Assembly: GCA_951406725.2 (NCBI GenBank)
Contig: OX597831.1
Location: 72,044,001-72,108,000 of the forward strand
Length of the DNA stretch: 64,000 nt
Reading direction: 5' to 3'
DNA from: Octopus vulgaris
Lineage: Eukaryota
This document shows positions 38,635-52,857 of the stretch, piece after piece. Under the pieces are notes generated by a model, which did not search any database, was not told where the DNA came from, and saw nothing but the letters and a program-made list of their open reading frames with translations. Numbering within the stretch: the stretch's first letter is position 1; each line of letters begins with the position of its first letter. A program made the translations under genes and the position numbers.

Positions 38635-38686
<52 letters not shown>

Positions 38687-39289
38687 CGATTTAAAAGTAT
38701 AAGAAAGACGTAATGAATAAGGTTTGAAGAGAATATTTTTCATTTGAAAACACAACACTCATTACTCAGACGCTCGTTTTACTTACATAACGCTTTGCAA
38801 ATCTTTTATAATCTTGTTTATGCTCGTAAGTGTTATGTTCAAAATTTAATTACTATGTAATTGGAGTGAATTTTCCAGAATCATATATATATATATTATA
38901 TTATGTTATATTATATCATAGGAAAAAGCAAAACCAAGGCAGAACGAGTATCTCAAGTCCTTTATACAGATCATGGTCATCGTTTAGAAATATTTCGGGA
39001 CAGCACAGAGTAATAATTCCTCTCTATAGTGTTTGACACTGGCCTTTTACCTTACCCCGCCTCCTGGCTTGTAACTGGTAGACAAACTGATTCTACAGAG
39101 TTCTTGTTTGTCACAATTGCTGCTCGTGAGTTCTGCTATGACGAATTGCTTTGGTCCAATGGTAGAACACTTGTCATGCTTACAAGAGATCACGGTTTTA
39201 GTTCCACGACCAGCCTTTCCCACCCGCTATCTAAAAGGATTTTAAACCAATATCATCAGTCCCAAAGCCAACCAAAAGCAACTGCTTCA

Positions 39290-40285
39290 TTCGATGTCAT
39301 CTACTGCATCTCCTGCTCTCTCTGCCCTTCTCTATACATCGGGCAAACGAGACGCTGCTTGGCTGACCGGTTCGCGGAACACCTCCGGGACATCCGACTC
39401 GGCAATGACCCTCCGGTCTCGCGCCATTTCCGCTCTACCAGTCACTCTTTGCAATACCTGTCTGTGTTCAGATTGTCCTTACACAAGTGCCATCCGAACT
39501 CCCGTTTGCGCCGTGAACAAGGATTAATCTTCTTTCTTTGCTCCTTTGCGCCACATGAGCTCAACTCCCCTCACCTCACCTCTCTCCCCCTCACACCTAC
39601 TTTCTCCCACTCACTTCTCTCTTGCTCCGATTCCTACTTCTCTTCACTCCTACTCTCCTTCTCTTTTCTCTTCACTCCTACCCACCTTCTCCCTTCCCCT
39701 TCATCGTCAACCCTCCCTCGTAACCCCACCCACCCCTACACAGTCCAACCCCACCCTCCCTATCCATCCCATCCCACCCCACGCCATCCGTTACACCCAC
39801 GCCCACATCTTCCCCACCCTCAGCCTACCCACATACCCCACCTCTACTCCCACCCTCAGCCTAACCCACACCCCCTTGCTTTCCCCACTCTCGCCCCCAC
39901 CTCCCAATACCATCACACCACTACATCATACACTACCATACCACACAACACCACATCACATCACACCACCACACACACACTTGCACTGACCACTTCCCAG
40001 CCCCACATCCACACACCTACACATACACACACGCACATGCCCTCTTCCACACGTACATACAGATTCTCTTATATACACGCACGCGCACCTTCGTTTTGGG
40101 ATTACCACCACTTTATTATCTCCCCTTCTTCTTAGCTCCCCTGTGTGACCCATCTGTCCGGCATTCGCCATGATAGATCGCTAGCCACTACACATTCTTT
40201 ATTCTCTCTCCTTGTTTCTTTCTGTGTTCCTTTCTGTGGAAGAGCGTAGGCTCGAAACGTTAAAGACTTTTTCATTTCTCTATCA
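39290..40285 (+). mobile_element. Penelope-like element 3' part: GIY-YIG endonuclease, C-rich UTR, HHR-bearing terminus
   Basis: VIYCISCSLCPSLYIGQTRRCLADRFAEHLRDIR...VSRHF...RLRREQGLIF...PHELN. HHR-like motif at 40230-40265. Confidence 0.9.
40230..40265 (+). ncRNA. Minimal hammerhead-like motif (A6U core)
   Basis: CTTT-CTGTGGA-A-GAGC-GTAG-GCTC-GAAA-CGTT-AAAG. Confidence 0.6.
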
Positions 40286-40647
40286 CATAGAAGGCAGCGT
40301 GTTGCTACAAATTCTGCAGAAGTGTCTATTTAGTGAACCGGGAAAAACTGCTAACATACAGTGTAGAGATATAAGAAGTTATTTTACTAGCATAATTTCA
40401 ATTACGTATATATTCATTTGTGTGCGTGATTTGCTCTTGTAGGTCAGCTATCGTAGGGAAGACAATCCCTTCAAGATGAAGTTAATGTGAGATTAGAAGC
40501 TTGAATTTTAAATCAAAGTGTAAAGAAGACGCACAAAATATTTTAATACTTAATATTTCATTTTAATACTTAATATTTCATTTTTTATTTCTTACACGAA
40601 CACCAGCAATAACTGCACATTAGCCAAGATAAAATTTTTACTCATTA

Positions 40648-41006
40648 TCTCTATATATATATAAACGGCAAAATGTCTGCGTGTGTATCCTTTATACAAA
40701 TCCACAATTTTTCAGTTAGAGGGCTCGCACTTTCTATGGTCATTCAAAACCGTCCAAGGGTGGTCGTGCACATCTTTACATTTTCCCAGTCACCCCGCAA
40801 GCCATTAAAAAATCAATAGAAGTGACATTTTGTGAAGTTTCTATCCAAAATCAACATGCCTGAAACTTGATACACCAATTGAATGCCAGCTAGCTGTATG
40901 TGATTGGTCGGAGATTTGGACAGTACTCGCGTGTATGTGCGCACGCATGCAGCTGTATATGCATGAACTAGCACTATGACCCGGCGTTGCCGGGTCATAC
41001 TGCTAG
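40648..41006 (+). mobile_element. Non-autonomous Helitron
   Basis: A|TCTCTATATATATATAAACGGCA 5' end. 3' GC-rich hairpin and CTAG|T. Confidence 0.85.
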
Positions 41007-41292
41007 TACATTATACAAGTAATAATTTATTTCCTTGTGATACGACACATGTTTTCAAGAAATGTCACAGTCTGAAGAATCGAGATGTGAAACTGGTAGT
41101 CATTTATAAGTAATGAACTTTGCAATATCCGAATCAAGTCTCACCCTGTAGGCAGCAGCGAGTTCTCTTCATTCTAGAAGTATGCAAGCGCAGTACATTC
41201 ACCTGATTCATGGATATTTGTATGGCTGTGTTTGAGAGAAGGGGGTTGCGTATACATACATACATACACATATATATATATATATATATATA

Positions 41293-41589
41293 TGCCTTGT
41301 GAGTGGATTTGGTAGACGGAAACTGAAAGAAGCCTGTCGTATATATGTATATAAATATGTGTGTGTGTATATGTTTGTGTGTATGTGTTTGTCCCCCTAG
41401 CATTGCTTGACAACCGATGCTGGTGTGTTTACGTCCCCGTCACTTAGCGGTTCGGCAAAAGAGACCGATAGAATAAGTACTGGGCTTACAAAGAATAAGT
41501 CCCGGGGTCGATTTGCTCGACTAAAGGCGGTGCTCCAGCATGGTCGCAGTCAAATGACTGAAACAAGTAAAAGAGTAAAGAGTAAAAGA

Positions 41590-41590
<1 letters not shown>
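41293..41590 (+). mobile_element. 5'-truncated SINE B
   Basis: Match to the 7455 copy from GCCTTGTGAGTGG onward. Confidence 0.9.
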
Positions 41591-41671
<81 letters not shown>

Positions 41672-41900
41672 AGGGTACTACTATTCGTAGATACCAACAC
41701 GCTAAGAGGGACCAATGCGGTCAAAACTACTAAAAATAAACAAAATTTTACCGAATGCAAAACTTCAAAACACATCATTTTAAAAAAAGAATTCAGTTAC
41801 ATATCACATGTGATTTCGCATTTAATGCAGAATATTAATAAAATCTTCTTTTAAAGATTTTATCCTTAATTGTTAAAAAAAAATATATATATATATATAT

Positions 41901-42173
41901 GGAGGGGCAAAGGCCCAGTGGTTAGGGCAGCGGACTCGCGGTCGTAGGATCGCGGTTTCGATTCCCAGGCCGGGTGTTATGAGTGTTTATTGACCGAAAA
42001 CACCTTAAAAGCTCCACGAGGCTCCGGCAGGGGGGGGGGGGGTGATCCCTGTTGTACTTTTTCACCACTCTTTCTTTCACTCTTTCTTCTGTTGGCCTGC
42101 TCGCTAAAACAATGCGAACGCATTGTGACCAGCGATGAGTAACAACATCTGATGGTCTGGTCGGTCACGTGAT

Positions 42174-42180
<7 letters not shown>
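41901..42180 (+). mobile_element. SINE family C (tail type c)
   Basis: Family C head. Tail CGCATTGTGACCAGCGATG...GGTCACGTGATCACGTGA. Inserted in (TA)n. Confidence 0.88.
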
Positions 42181-42264
<84 letters not shown>

Positions 42265-42599
42265 TCTGTATCTATCTATCTATGTATCTGCCTGTATATA
42301 TATATATATACATAACTACATACACTCGATACATGAGTTAAAGCATCTCTTTCGGGGCTCATGTATTTAGTTTCAAGTATTAAAATCTTGCGACAACTTA
42401 GTATGTAATGATTTCCCAGTGGACTGATAACTTGAATAACAGTAATATAATAGGTCTGACTTCAATTGACTTTTCAATCGTCTTTCCATTTATAAATATT
42501 CGACTTTGATGTCTTTATACATACATGCATATGTGTGTACATATATATATGTGTGTATACGTATATATCTGCTTATATACATATGTGTGTGTGCGTGTG

Positions 42600-42637
<38 letters not shown>

Positions 42638-42861
42638 TATTGATTCCGTCCCGGAGCTGAAACGGCTTTTCACACGTCGCATTCTTTTGGTTTGGAGCGC
42701 ACCTCTTGAATGGAACTAGATATGTAGATGTAATTATGAATCATTAGAATTTATACAAATAAATAAAAATACACACACACACGGAGTACATATTCTCTCG
42801 ATTACATTCATAAACGTATATGCGTGCTAACAAACACTCACATACACACACACTCACACAT

Positions 42862-42902
<41 letters not shown>

Positions 42903-42948
42903 TACAATCATATGTACATATACATATATATATATACATACATGCATT

Positions 42949-42984
<36 letters not shown>

Positions 42985-43009
42985 CATTGTGTGTTTGAGT
43001 GTATATATG

Positions 43010-43060
<51 letters not shown>

Positions 43061-43199
43061 GCAAATATATAGGTATATATGTATGTATACACACGCACGC
43101 ACACAACGCAGTGATATTTGATATATTTACAAGCACTTAAGCTGCAGCAGATAAGCGGAGCAGGAATTTCTGTGTGTGTGTGTGTACACACACACACAC

Positions 43200-43288
<89 letters not shown>

Positions 43289-43458
43289 CTTAAATTGAAG
43301 GATTGCTCAATACATTTCGTAGAGTACAAATTTATTACTTTTTTTTTTTGCTAGAATATTCATTGACAGTGCCTTCGAATTTTCGGGCAGCTCAACCATC
43401 ACAGTCCGATGATCGCTCAGGTGACCGAAACTTCGGAGTCACTTTCGACAACTATTCT

Positions 43459-43860
43459 AGGGCGCAGGAGTGGCTGTGTGGTAAGTAGCTTCTTTACCAT
43501 CCACATGGTTCCGGGTTCAGCCCCACTGCGTGGCACCTTGGGCAAGTGTCTTCTGCTATAGCCCCGGGCCGACCAAAGCCTTGTGAGTGGATTTGGTAGA
43601 CGGAAACTGAAAGAAGCCTGTCGTATATATATGTATATGCGTGTGTGTTTGTGTGTCTGTGTTTGTCCCCCTAGCATTGCTTGACAACCGATGCTGGTGT
43701 GTTTATGTCCCCGTCACTTAGCGGTTCGGCAAAAGAGACCGATAGAATAAATACTGGTCTTACAAAAAATAAGTCCCGGCGTCGATTTGCTCGATTAAAG
43801 GCGGTGCTCCAGCATGGCCGCAGTCAAATGACTGAAACAAGTAAAAGAGTAAAGAGTAAA
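43459..43860 (+). mobile_element. SINE B, full length
   Basis: Match to the 7455 copy. Confidence 0.93.
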
Positions 43861-43911
43861 ACAGTAGTTAAAGAACGCGCGCGCGCACACACACACACAC
43901 AGACACACACA

Positions 43912-44130
43912 CAGGATGGGGGGCAGAAGTCACGCACCAAAATATTTGGTATTTTATTTATAAAAATACAAGTTGCAGACGGTGAACTTTTTGAACACTT
44001 GTGATCATACTGTTGACATTTTCCAATTTGTTTTGTTTCGTAATTAAAAATAAAGCGTTATTTTTGGAATGTGCAATATTATATATTAAATGTGATTTAA
44101 TGTTGGTGCGTGACTTTTGTTTCATCCCAT
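43912..44130. mobile_element. Tc1/mariner-like MITE
   Basis: Imperfect TIRs GGATGGGGGGCAGAAGTCACGCACCAA / TTGGTGCGTGACTTTTGTTTCATCC. Confidence 0.7.
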
Positions 44131-44166
44131 ATATATACATACACATATATACATATATATATATAT

Positions 44167-44310
<144 letters not shown>

Positions 44311-44467
44311 GCATACATACTTATATTTTAAAAGTAGTTATATAATTATATGTATGAATGTATGTCTCTTCTATTTTTTAATTATCATAAGTCTTCCACT
44401 GAGGAGTGAGGCGGTTTCCAACAAAGATACAAGGCTCCATATGTCTGTCTGTCTGTCTGTATGTATG

Positions 44468-44498
<31 letters not shown>

Positions 44499-44989
44499 GT
44501 AAGTCAATCTACAGACATAATTCAAATGTAATCTATACACTTTTAATAAGCAAAGTTGCTATACAGTGAAATAGAAACAAAGTGCCTACACCATATAATT
44601 TCATTTTTGCGTGATTCTGAAAAAGGGATTAATTTGAATCGTTTCTCGTCTGGATAAAGCTTCATTAAAGAAAGACCCATTTTCTGTTCAAAGAGAGCTT
44701 ATTGTTATTCATAGTGTCTATGAATTTGGCTGCCTGCCTGCCTAATTTTTATAACAAAGCTTCCAGTGACAACATTTGATTAATTAATTCATTGATAGGT
44801 CATGACATGGCAATTATCTAAATAATTTAAATACAAGGTATATATTTTTAATTAATATTATACAAATACATACTTTCATGTGTGTGAGTGAGTGAGTGTG
44901 CATATATGTATGTGTATGCATGTATGTGTGTGCATGTGTGTATGTGTGTGCATTTACGTGTATATAATGTTTGTATGTATGTATGTATG

Positions 44990-45043
<54 letters not shown>

Positions 45044-45044
<1 letters not shown>

Positions 45045-45406
45045 GACGACGACAACGAGGGTTCCAGTTGATCCGATCAACGGAACAGCCTGATCATGAA
45101 ATTAACGTGCAAGTGGCTGAGCATTCCACAGACACGTGTACCCTTAACGTAGTTCTCGCGAAGATTCAGCATGACACAAGGTGTAACAAGGCTGGCCCTT
45201 TGAAATACAGGTACAAGAGAAACAAGAAGAGTGAGAGAAATCTGTGGTGAAAGAGTACAGCAGGGTTCGCCCCCCGCCCCCTGCCGGAGTCTCCTGGAGA
45301 TTTAGGAGTTTTCGCTCGATAAACACTCACAACACCGGTCTGGTCATCGAAACCGCGATCCTACGACCGCGAGTCCGCTGCCCTAACCACTGGGCCATTG
45401 CGCCTC
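45044..45406 (-). mobile_element. SINE family C (tail type a)
   Basis: Reverse match to the 3565 copy. Confidence 0.9.
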
Positions 45407-45899
45407 TAAATATATATATATATATATATAGCTTAGTTTTTTCTTGGGGCTGGCCGGATTGGAGCAATCTCAGGATTAATCAGCCGAAATTGCGAGGATG
45501 ATCCGATTCTTCACTGAAGATTGGAGGTTTCGAATGACTATAAATATATAGGCACAGTATGACCGAATGGTTAGCTACAATGACCTGTGTTCAATCCCAA
45601 TGCGTGAATATTTTCTGAGTAAATGAGTGGAATATAGAGTATGGCAAGAGTGTAACCAAGAAGCTGCACGTACATACCATTCGAAGAGCTTCCTTATATT
45701 AGGATTTTCATAGAAAAAAAGCATCTTTTTGATGCAAATAACTTTGGGTCTTAACATGGTCTGATTTGAATTTTATCTTCTACGGAATGAAGAGCAAGCC
45801 TTCTTCTATCATACTCTCAATTTTGGTCAACTTGCGCCGCAAGGTCGAGGAGGAGATAGTGTTAGTTGAAGGCTACCAAACCTGCCATACACAGACAAC

Positions 45900-46380
45900 T
45901 TCAGCTTTATATATAGAGATTGAAATAATTCAACAAAGGCTTACCATATATTCTTTTAATCACCCTCTAACCAGAAAAGAAGTATCAATAGGCCTTAAGG
46001 TACTCAGCTGTGGTAAAGCTGCCGGAAAAGCTGGACGTCTTGCAGAGATTATGAATTCAGTGGTGAAAGATTAAGAAAATTTATTCATTTTATAGTTCTG
46101 GCATTCTGGGGATTGGTGAAGTGCCAAAAGACTGGAAATATGCCATGATAATACGATTATATAAAAACAAAGGATTACGAGAGGAGTGCAGAGATTACAG
46201 AGGAAGAGGAGAGCTTCGTGGTGCAGGAAAGATACTGACGTCAATCTTCATTATAACAAACATGATTTTACCTGAATCACAATGTGGTTTCAGACCCCTC
46301 GGAAGCACGGCTGACAGGATTTTCACGGCTGGTCAAGTGTGAGAGAAATGTCAGGATCAACACCGAAACTTGTTCTGGCC
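45900..46380 (+). mobile_element. RTE-clade LINE fragment
   Basis: LSCGKAAG, VPKDWKYAMIIRLYKNKG..EECRDYRG, GKIL, LPESQCGFR..STADRIFT..QV*EKC. Confidence 0.85.
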
Positions 46381-46414
46381 ATTAAATACTGAATCTTTGG
46401 AAAAGTATTCAATA

Positions 46415-46880
46415 CACGCAGGTGCAGGCGTGGCTGTGTTGTAAGAAGCTTGCTTCATAACCACGTGATTCAGGGTTCAGTTTCATTGCGTTGCACTTTG
46501 GGAAAGTGTCTTTTACTACGGCCTCGGACGACAAAAGCCTTCCGAGTGAATCTGGTAGGCGGAAACTGAAAGGAGCCCACCATGTGTGTATATTGTTGTG
46601 TGGGAGTGTATGTGTGCGCACGGTTGTCTGTGTGTATGGTTGTGTGTGTGGTTGTGTGTGGTTGTGTATGTTTGTGTGTGTATAGTTGTATCTGATGACT
46701 GGTGTTAGTATGTTAAAGTCTCTCTAACTTAGCAGTTCGACAAAGAAGCCGATAGAATAAGTACAGGCTTTAATAAAAAAAAATTACTAGTGTCGATTAG
46801 TTCAACTGAACCCATCAAGGAGCTTTCCCAGCATGGCCGCCGTCTAAGCAGCAAAAGATGAGAAGGTAAAAGAAAAAGGT
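46415..46880 (+). mobile_element. Diverged SINE B
   Basis: GCAGGCGTGGCTGTG...TTGGGAAAGTGTC...CGATAGAATAAGTAC...GCATGGCCGC. Confidence 0.8.
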
Positions 46881-47051
46881 AGGAGACTTTCACGCGAAGG
46901 CTAACATCCTTCAGAATCTCGCACGTGATCTTTTCTATGTTGACAACTGTGATCGTGCATGCAAACATATATGAATAAGCTTTCGCTATTTTGTAAGGCG
47001 TTCAGTTAACCATTATCCTCGACAAAACGGTGGTAATATTTCGAGCGGCTA

Positions 47052-47195
47052 AGGCAGCGAGTGGGCAGAATTGTCACCGAGCCGAGCAAAGTTCTCAGCG
47101 GCATTTCGTCTGTCTTTACGTTTTGAATTCAAATTCCGCAGAGGTCGATTTTGTCTTTCATACTTTCGGGATCGATAAAATAAGCACCAATTGAA
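47052..47195 (+). mobile_element. Diverged SINE A fragment
   Basis: AGGCAGCGAGTGGGCAGAA...TTCAAATTCCGCAGAGGTCGA. Confidence 0.75.
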
Positions 47196-47516
47196 AACCG
47201 GTCACAAAACAAGTGTTTGGAATCAGAAACGAATTTTTTAAAAAGCTGAAAATTTTTTAAAAAACTGCGAAATACAATGCGTCTTTAGTCTTGTGAAACA
47301 TGGACGCGTTTTGCATAACATTAGTGTAGGAAAGAGTGAGAAGTACAAGATTTAGCTGTCACTCAGCTGCGTAATCGAATACGCTGAACAAATGGGAAGA
47401 AATGTTTGAACAACTTCTGAACATGGTTCCAGTAATTTCAATCTACTATGTATCTATCTATCTGTTTTCACATATATATATATATATTTACAAAGTGAGA
47501 GAGAGAGATGTATGTA

Positions 47517-47720
<204 letters not shown>

Positions 47721-47834
47721 ATATATATAATATATATATATGTATTTGTGTGTGTGTGTGTGTTTATACACACACAACACACAAACTTTCATGCCCTAAA
47801 TGTCTAAGTTTTCACAGCCTGATAGTTACCTAGG

Positions 47835-47900
<66 letters not shown>

Positions 47901-48449
47901 CACACACATATATATATATATATATATACATATATATAATACACACACTCAATAAATACATACATGCATGCATACATACACACACATATCTCTGTGCATA
48001 TATGTGTGCGTGTGTGTAACATTCATAAATATATTATATCTAAATATCTAAATATATATATACATACATACATACATACATACATACATACATACATACA
48101 TACATGCATGTATACATACACATACGTATACCTACGCGAGATTGAGTGCGTGTCTGTGCTTAACCACCGAAAATCCACTGATGGCAGGCCTTAACACAGA
48201 TTTTCCCCTTCACTCATTTCTCTCGGGACGCACTTGCACTGTGATCACATAGAGAACTTCCGGGCGTACCAACCAAAGATTCCAGTGTTGAATTCCAATG
48301 TTTCCGGTTGTGGTTATCGGTGTTAGGTGGGGCCCTTTCAGCGTTTCCAATGACTTCTCCCGTGGGTCATATTCTCTCTCGCTTCATACTTGCCACTTTC
48401 AGCATGCGACGATTTCATGCTGGCTGCTCGGCAAGAAATTTAATATTTG

Positions 48450-48509
<60 letters not shown>

Positions 48510-48595
48510 TATATAAAGTATAGATATGGACATACACACATGCATGCACACACACACGCACACACACATGCACGCGTACAAACATATATCTAAAT

Positions 48596-48630
<35 letters not shown>

Positions 48631-48651
48631 AATACATAAATGCATACATAC

Positions 48652-48704
<53 letters not shown>

Positions 48705-48765
48705 CATATACATACATATCTGTATGTATGTGTATATTTATGTATGTATAAAGGTATATGATAGA

Positions 48766-48955
48766 GCGTTAGCTCCTACACGCATTTTTTTCTCTCTCCT
48801 TGTTTCTTTTCTGTGTATCTTTCTGTTGAAGAGCGTAGGCTCGAAACGTAAAAGATTTGTTCTATTTCTATTCCTGAGCGCCATACTAATGCAATAGTTT
48901 GTTTGTATTCCACCTGCTTTCGTCTTTTGTTTATTTTCGTAAACCTTCCCGTTAT
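48766..48955 (+). mobile_element. PLE-like terminus with minimal HHR (48817-48856)
   Basis: Homologous to 40180-40285. ATCTTT-CTGTTGA-A-GAGC-GTAG-GCTC-GAAA-CGTA-AAAGAT. Ends in (TA)n. Confidence 0.75.
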
Positions 48956-49529
48956 ATATATATATATACATATATATATATGCACAAACACTGACGCATG
49001 CACACACACACACACACAACACGCATGCACACAAACACACACGTGTGTGTGTGTTTGTCATGTGATCTAGTCCGCTATTAATCATGATTATTCATGGTAA
49101 CTCACGGTTTCATATTTACTGACACTCCATCAGACGAATAGATGCTCGACCTATTACTTGAATATCACTGATATCTGTGCTACAATGTATTAATTAAGAG
49201 TCAATACCGTTTAGTATGTTACCCTCTATTAATTATAACTGGCAGCATACACACACCTATACATACATATATACATACATACAAATATCACACATAAACT
49301 CGTACATGCATGCATAGATACATGCATACATACATAGATACATATATGCATACACACATATACATTCATACATACACATATACATATCAAGAAAATCGTT
49401 ACTGCAATTTCTCGCTTGCCTGTACAGGTGCTCTGTGGGTCATGCGTCGGATGTCGAAAAGAGGTCGCAGAGCAACGTCAGATGAAGTGCTTTACTCAAA
49501 AACAAAACAAACCAACGGTTCAGGAATCG

Positions 49530-49905
49530 AACCCACTGGTACTTAATTTATCGACCCTAAAAGTGTGAAAGCCAGAGTCGACCTCGGTGAAATTTGAACT
49601 CAGAACGTTGCGGCAGACGAAATACCGCCAAGCATTTCGTGCGCCGTGCTGACGATTCTTCCTGCTCACTGTCTTCTCAATAATAATAATAATAATCCTT
49701 TCTACTATAGGCAAAAGGCCTAAAATTTTTGGGGGAGGGGGAAGTCAATTAGATGCAACTGGTACTCAATTTACCGACCCCGAAAAGATGAAAGGCAAAG
49801 TCGACCTCGGCGGAATTTGAACTCAGAACGTAGCGGCCGACGAGATACCAATAAGCATTTCGTCCGGTGTGCTAACGATTTTGCCAGCTCGCTGCCTTGT
49901 CAATA

Positions 49906-49995
<90 letters not shown>

Positions 49996-50200
49996 TTCAT
50001 TTTAACTATAGGCACAATACCTGAAATTTGGAGAGCGGGGTAAGTCGATTACAGTGATCCCAGCACTTAACTGGTATTTATTTAATCGAACCTGAAAGGA
50101 TGAAAGGCAAAACAGACCTCGGTGAGAATTGAACTTAGAACGTTACGAGTCGTGACTAGATACTACTATGCATTTTGTTAGGCGTTTTAACGATTCTTCC
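49530..50200 (-). mobile_element. Three SINE A-related copies separated by (AAT)n
   Basis: Body matches. The second and third copies begin at AAT tracts with T.CTACTATAGGCA-like ends. Confidence 0.85.
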
Positions 50201-50959
50201 TATGCCCCACATCTTTTGCATATTTTTTTTTAACGTAGCTACATTTGCATACTCCGAGAGGATATAGGTCACTTCGTAATATTGAGGTCAATGGTAGTTA
50301 ATATATAAACATTTTCTAGAGAAATATGATCCTACCACGCCTACGTAACAGCCAAACTTGATCAATCAACCTCATTATACATTTTAAAAATAATTTATCT
50401 CTTGTAACTTCGACTCAAAGCACCGGAACCCTAACCTTATCGAACAACACCGCTGCTAACATCATCAGTCATTTTTAAAATAGGCCTAAGTGGTATGCTG
50501 TAGTCGATTAGTAAATGATAAGAAGAAATTTAAAAAAGACCCCGAGGAATTTATGCAGTAGAGTTGCATAAGTGTATATGTCATAGGAGGACAGAGAAAT
50601 CCTAGTATTTTGGGTTAAACATTTTGTCTGAATGAAAAAAAAAAACCCCATTAAATTTAATATTAGCACTTTCCTGCTATTTATTTTATGAAAGCAACAA
50701 ATTGTATTCGTAGAGTTGCTAAAACATGGGTAAAATACGTTGTTTCAACTTTGTTTTGCCTTCTGCACTCTGTGTTCAAATTCCACTGTGCTTAACTTTG
50801 CCTTTCATTATCCAAGAGTTTGATAAATAATGTACAGACTCGTGATTACACTGTAACACGACTTTTGTCCTTGGGTAGCAAACGTTTTTTTCTGTTTGCT
50901 TACCCCTAGAAAGTATGAAAAATGGATAATATTTCCTCCAATCTTTGCTTTTGTTACAT

Positions 50960-51095
50960 TTATTCAAATACCAGAGAATCCTTCTCAACACATGGCTATG
51001 ACGCTCCCCAACTACTTCTGCTCGTGATCAGAGGTGCATATGTGTCAAGCAACTGACAAGCAAATCTCTGGTATTGAGCAGAATATTTGCTGTAA
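50960..51095 (-). mobile_element. Fragment of the repeat at 61710-62173
   Basis: Reverse match to TACAGCAAATATTCTGCTCAATACCA...GAGCAGAAGTAG...ATAGCCAT. Confidence 0.75.
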
Positions 51096-51419
51096 CGATA
51101 TTCCTATTTCAGCAACTCAATGTTGAATCTGTCTGAAATGTAATGACAAATAGGTCAGTTTCAAAACATTGATGTCCAGGTCACAAAACAAAATTTGAAA
51201 GGGAAAGGTAGTCATTTCCTTTGATTTCTAGATAGAAGCAAATAGGCAATAACACTTACTGACCAATGACAAAGAAATAAACAAATAAACAAAAATTTTG
51301 TTACATAGTGCTATGAGTGGTAGAAATGTCAAAGTTTCGGATTAGATCTTTGCGGTATATGTTCCGGCTTTTAGCACATTGGTGAAAATTCAAGAAAATG
51401 GACCAAATACTTTTGTGAA

Positions 51420-51550
51420 AAATCATGTTGAAATTATGTCTTTCAATGGATGTTGCTGCCGCATCTGACAAAAACACAGCTCTGAAAATGTTTGAGAAAT
51501 ATAAGGAATATAAGGAATTGGAGAAAGAAATTAGAAGAATGTGGCATCTT
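51420..51550 (+). mobile_element. R4-like RLE endonuclease fragment
   Basis: MDVAAASDKNTALKMFEKYKEYKELEKEIRRMW parallels the RLE region of 26610-28335. Confidence 0.55.
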
Positions 51551-52857
51551 GACGACACTAGGAACAAGCTGTATCACGCCTTGCTGTTCTCATTGACAAC
51601 ACCAGTAACATTGACTGAGTAACTGCCGATATTTTGTAACAAACCATATCCAGGCATGTATATAGAGAAAAAAACTTCCAATATAAAGATCCATGGTATA
51701 CCGACTCCTACAAAGGCCTCGATTTTATTGATCCTTGGAAAGATAAAAGGCAAAAACCAACTTCAGAAGGAATAAAGTTCAAAACGTAAAACATCACATC
51801 TAAATACCAGAAAGCATTTCGTCCAACAGTCTACCGATTCTATTCCACCGCTGCCTTGACCATTCTTAAATATTAAGTTACTTTTAAGAACTGTACAGTC
51901 TTCGACGATTTTTCTGAATAAGTTATTACTAATGACTAAAAGTTAAGAGTAAATATTCTATTTGAATTTGCTTCAGAATTAAGAGGAAACTAGTTTTTGT
52001 TTTAGTTCTTTATTTCCCAATAGAAGTATACCATTTGGATTCGACCCTACGTTTGACCACATGGAAATTACAAGTTGATCATGTGTGCAAACACAGCTTC
52101 CTTCCAATCAACGACTTTTATTCACATGATAGTCTGGCAGCATGACCAGGACTTCCTGTTAACAGAGCCTACAAATACAGCTCATTTTAGTGCAAAAAGG
52201 ACAAAGTGAATTCGGTCTTTGGTGGAGTTTCCTCTCGACTCATAACTGTTTACACAGCTACATATTCGACCTTACACAATAGATGAAGAAACATACCGTG
52301 GCAACATGGCAACAGGAATATGCATTGGTTTGAAAAGATCAGCTTAAATGTCGAATTTATGATGAAGATCTCCTGCGCTTGTAATATACATCGTTTCGTA
52401 TAAAATTTACTCTTCTTGTATTGCATGAACACTTTCTGTATAAACAATAATTGATGTCTATACAGTATACTTACAACAAACCTTCCTTCATGCCCTCACT
52501 ACAGAAGTGAAGCTAAATGCTACATTCAAACGTTTCAATTACAATTAAAACTTTCAAAATATCTTTCCTCAAATGTCATTTCCGGAGACTGCTTCAGAAA
52601 GGAGATTCTAATTCTGAAACTTGCAGTACACTACAAGATAAACAAAGAAATTGTTCCGTCAGTCTATAGTTTGACGGAACAACAATATATAATTGTGGTG
52701 TGGTAAACTGGAAACACGGATCCTGAGTCGCGCTTCATCGTTCGACCGGTTACTTGTGTGCCTTAAAACTACTCAACTAAGGCTGAATGATCTCGGGTTA
52801 CGCAACAGCAACAACAACAAAACCGAAACGGCTCCGAGTTACGCAACAGCAGCAACA

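Larger units (their letters stand above)
38179..38640. repeat. Long inverted repeat (~220-bp arms, 21-nt spacer) between TA tracts
   Basis: 38179-38400 is a near-perfect reverse complement of 38422-38640. Confidence 0.95.

Noticed and set aside
39029-40135. 368-aa ORF as a host gene
   Set aside because: It is a composite of flanking DNA, a PLE GIY-YIG remnant and C-rich low-complexity UTR.
41069-41102. CTGAAGA...GAAAC hammerhead candidate
   Set aside because: Helix II is weak and no helix I could be formed.
52651-52682. 11-bp-arm hairpin TTGTTCCGTCA/TGACGGAACAA
   Set aside because: Too short for a pre-miRNA and no supporting context.
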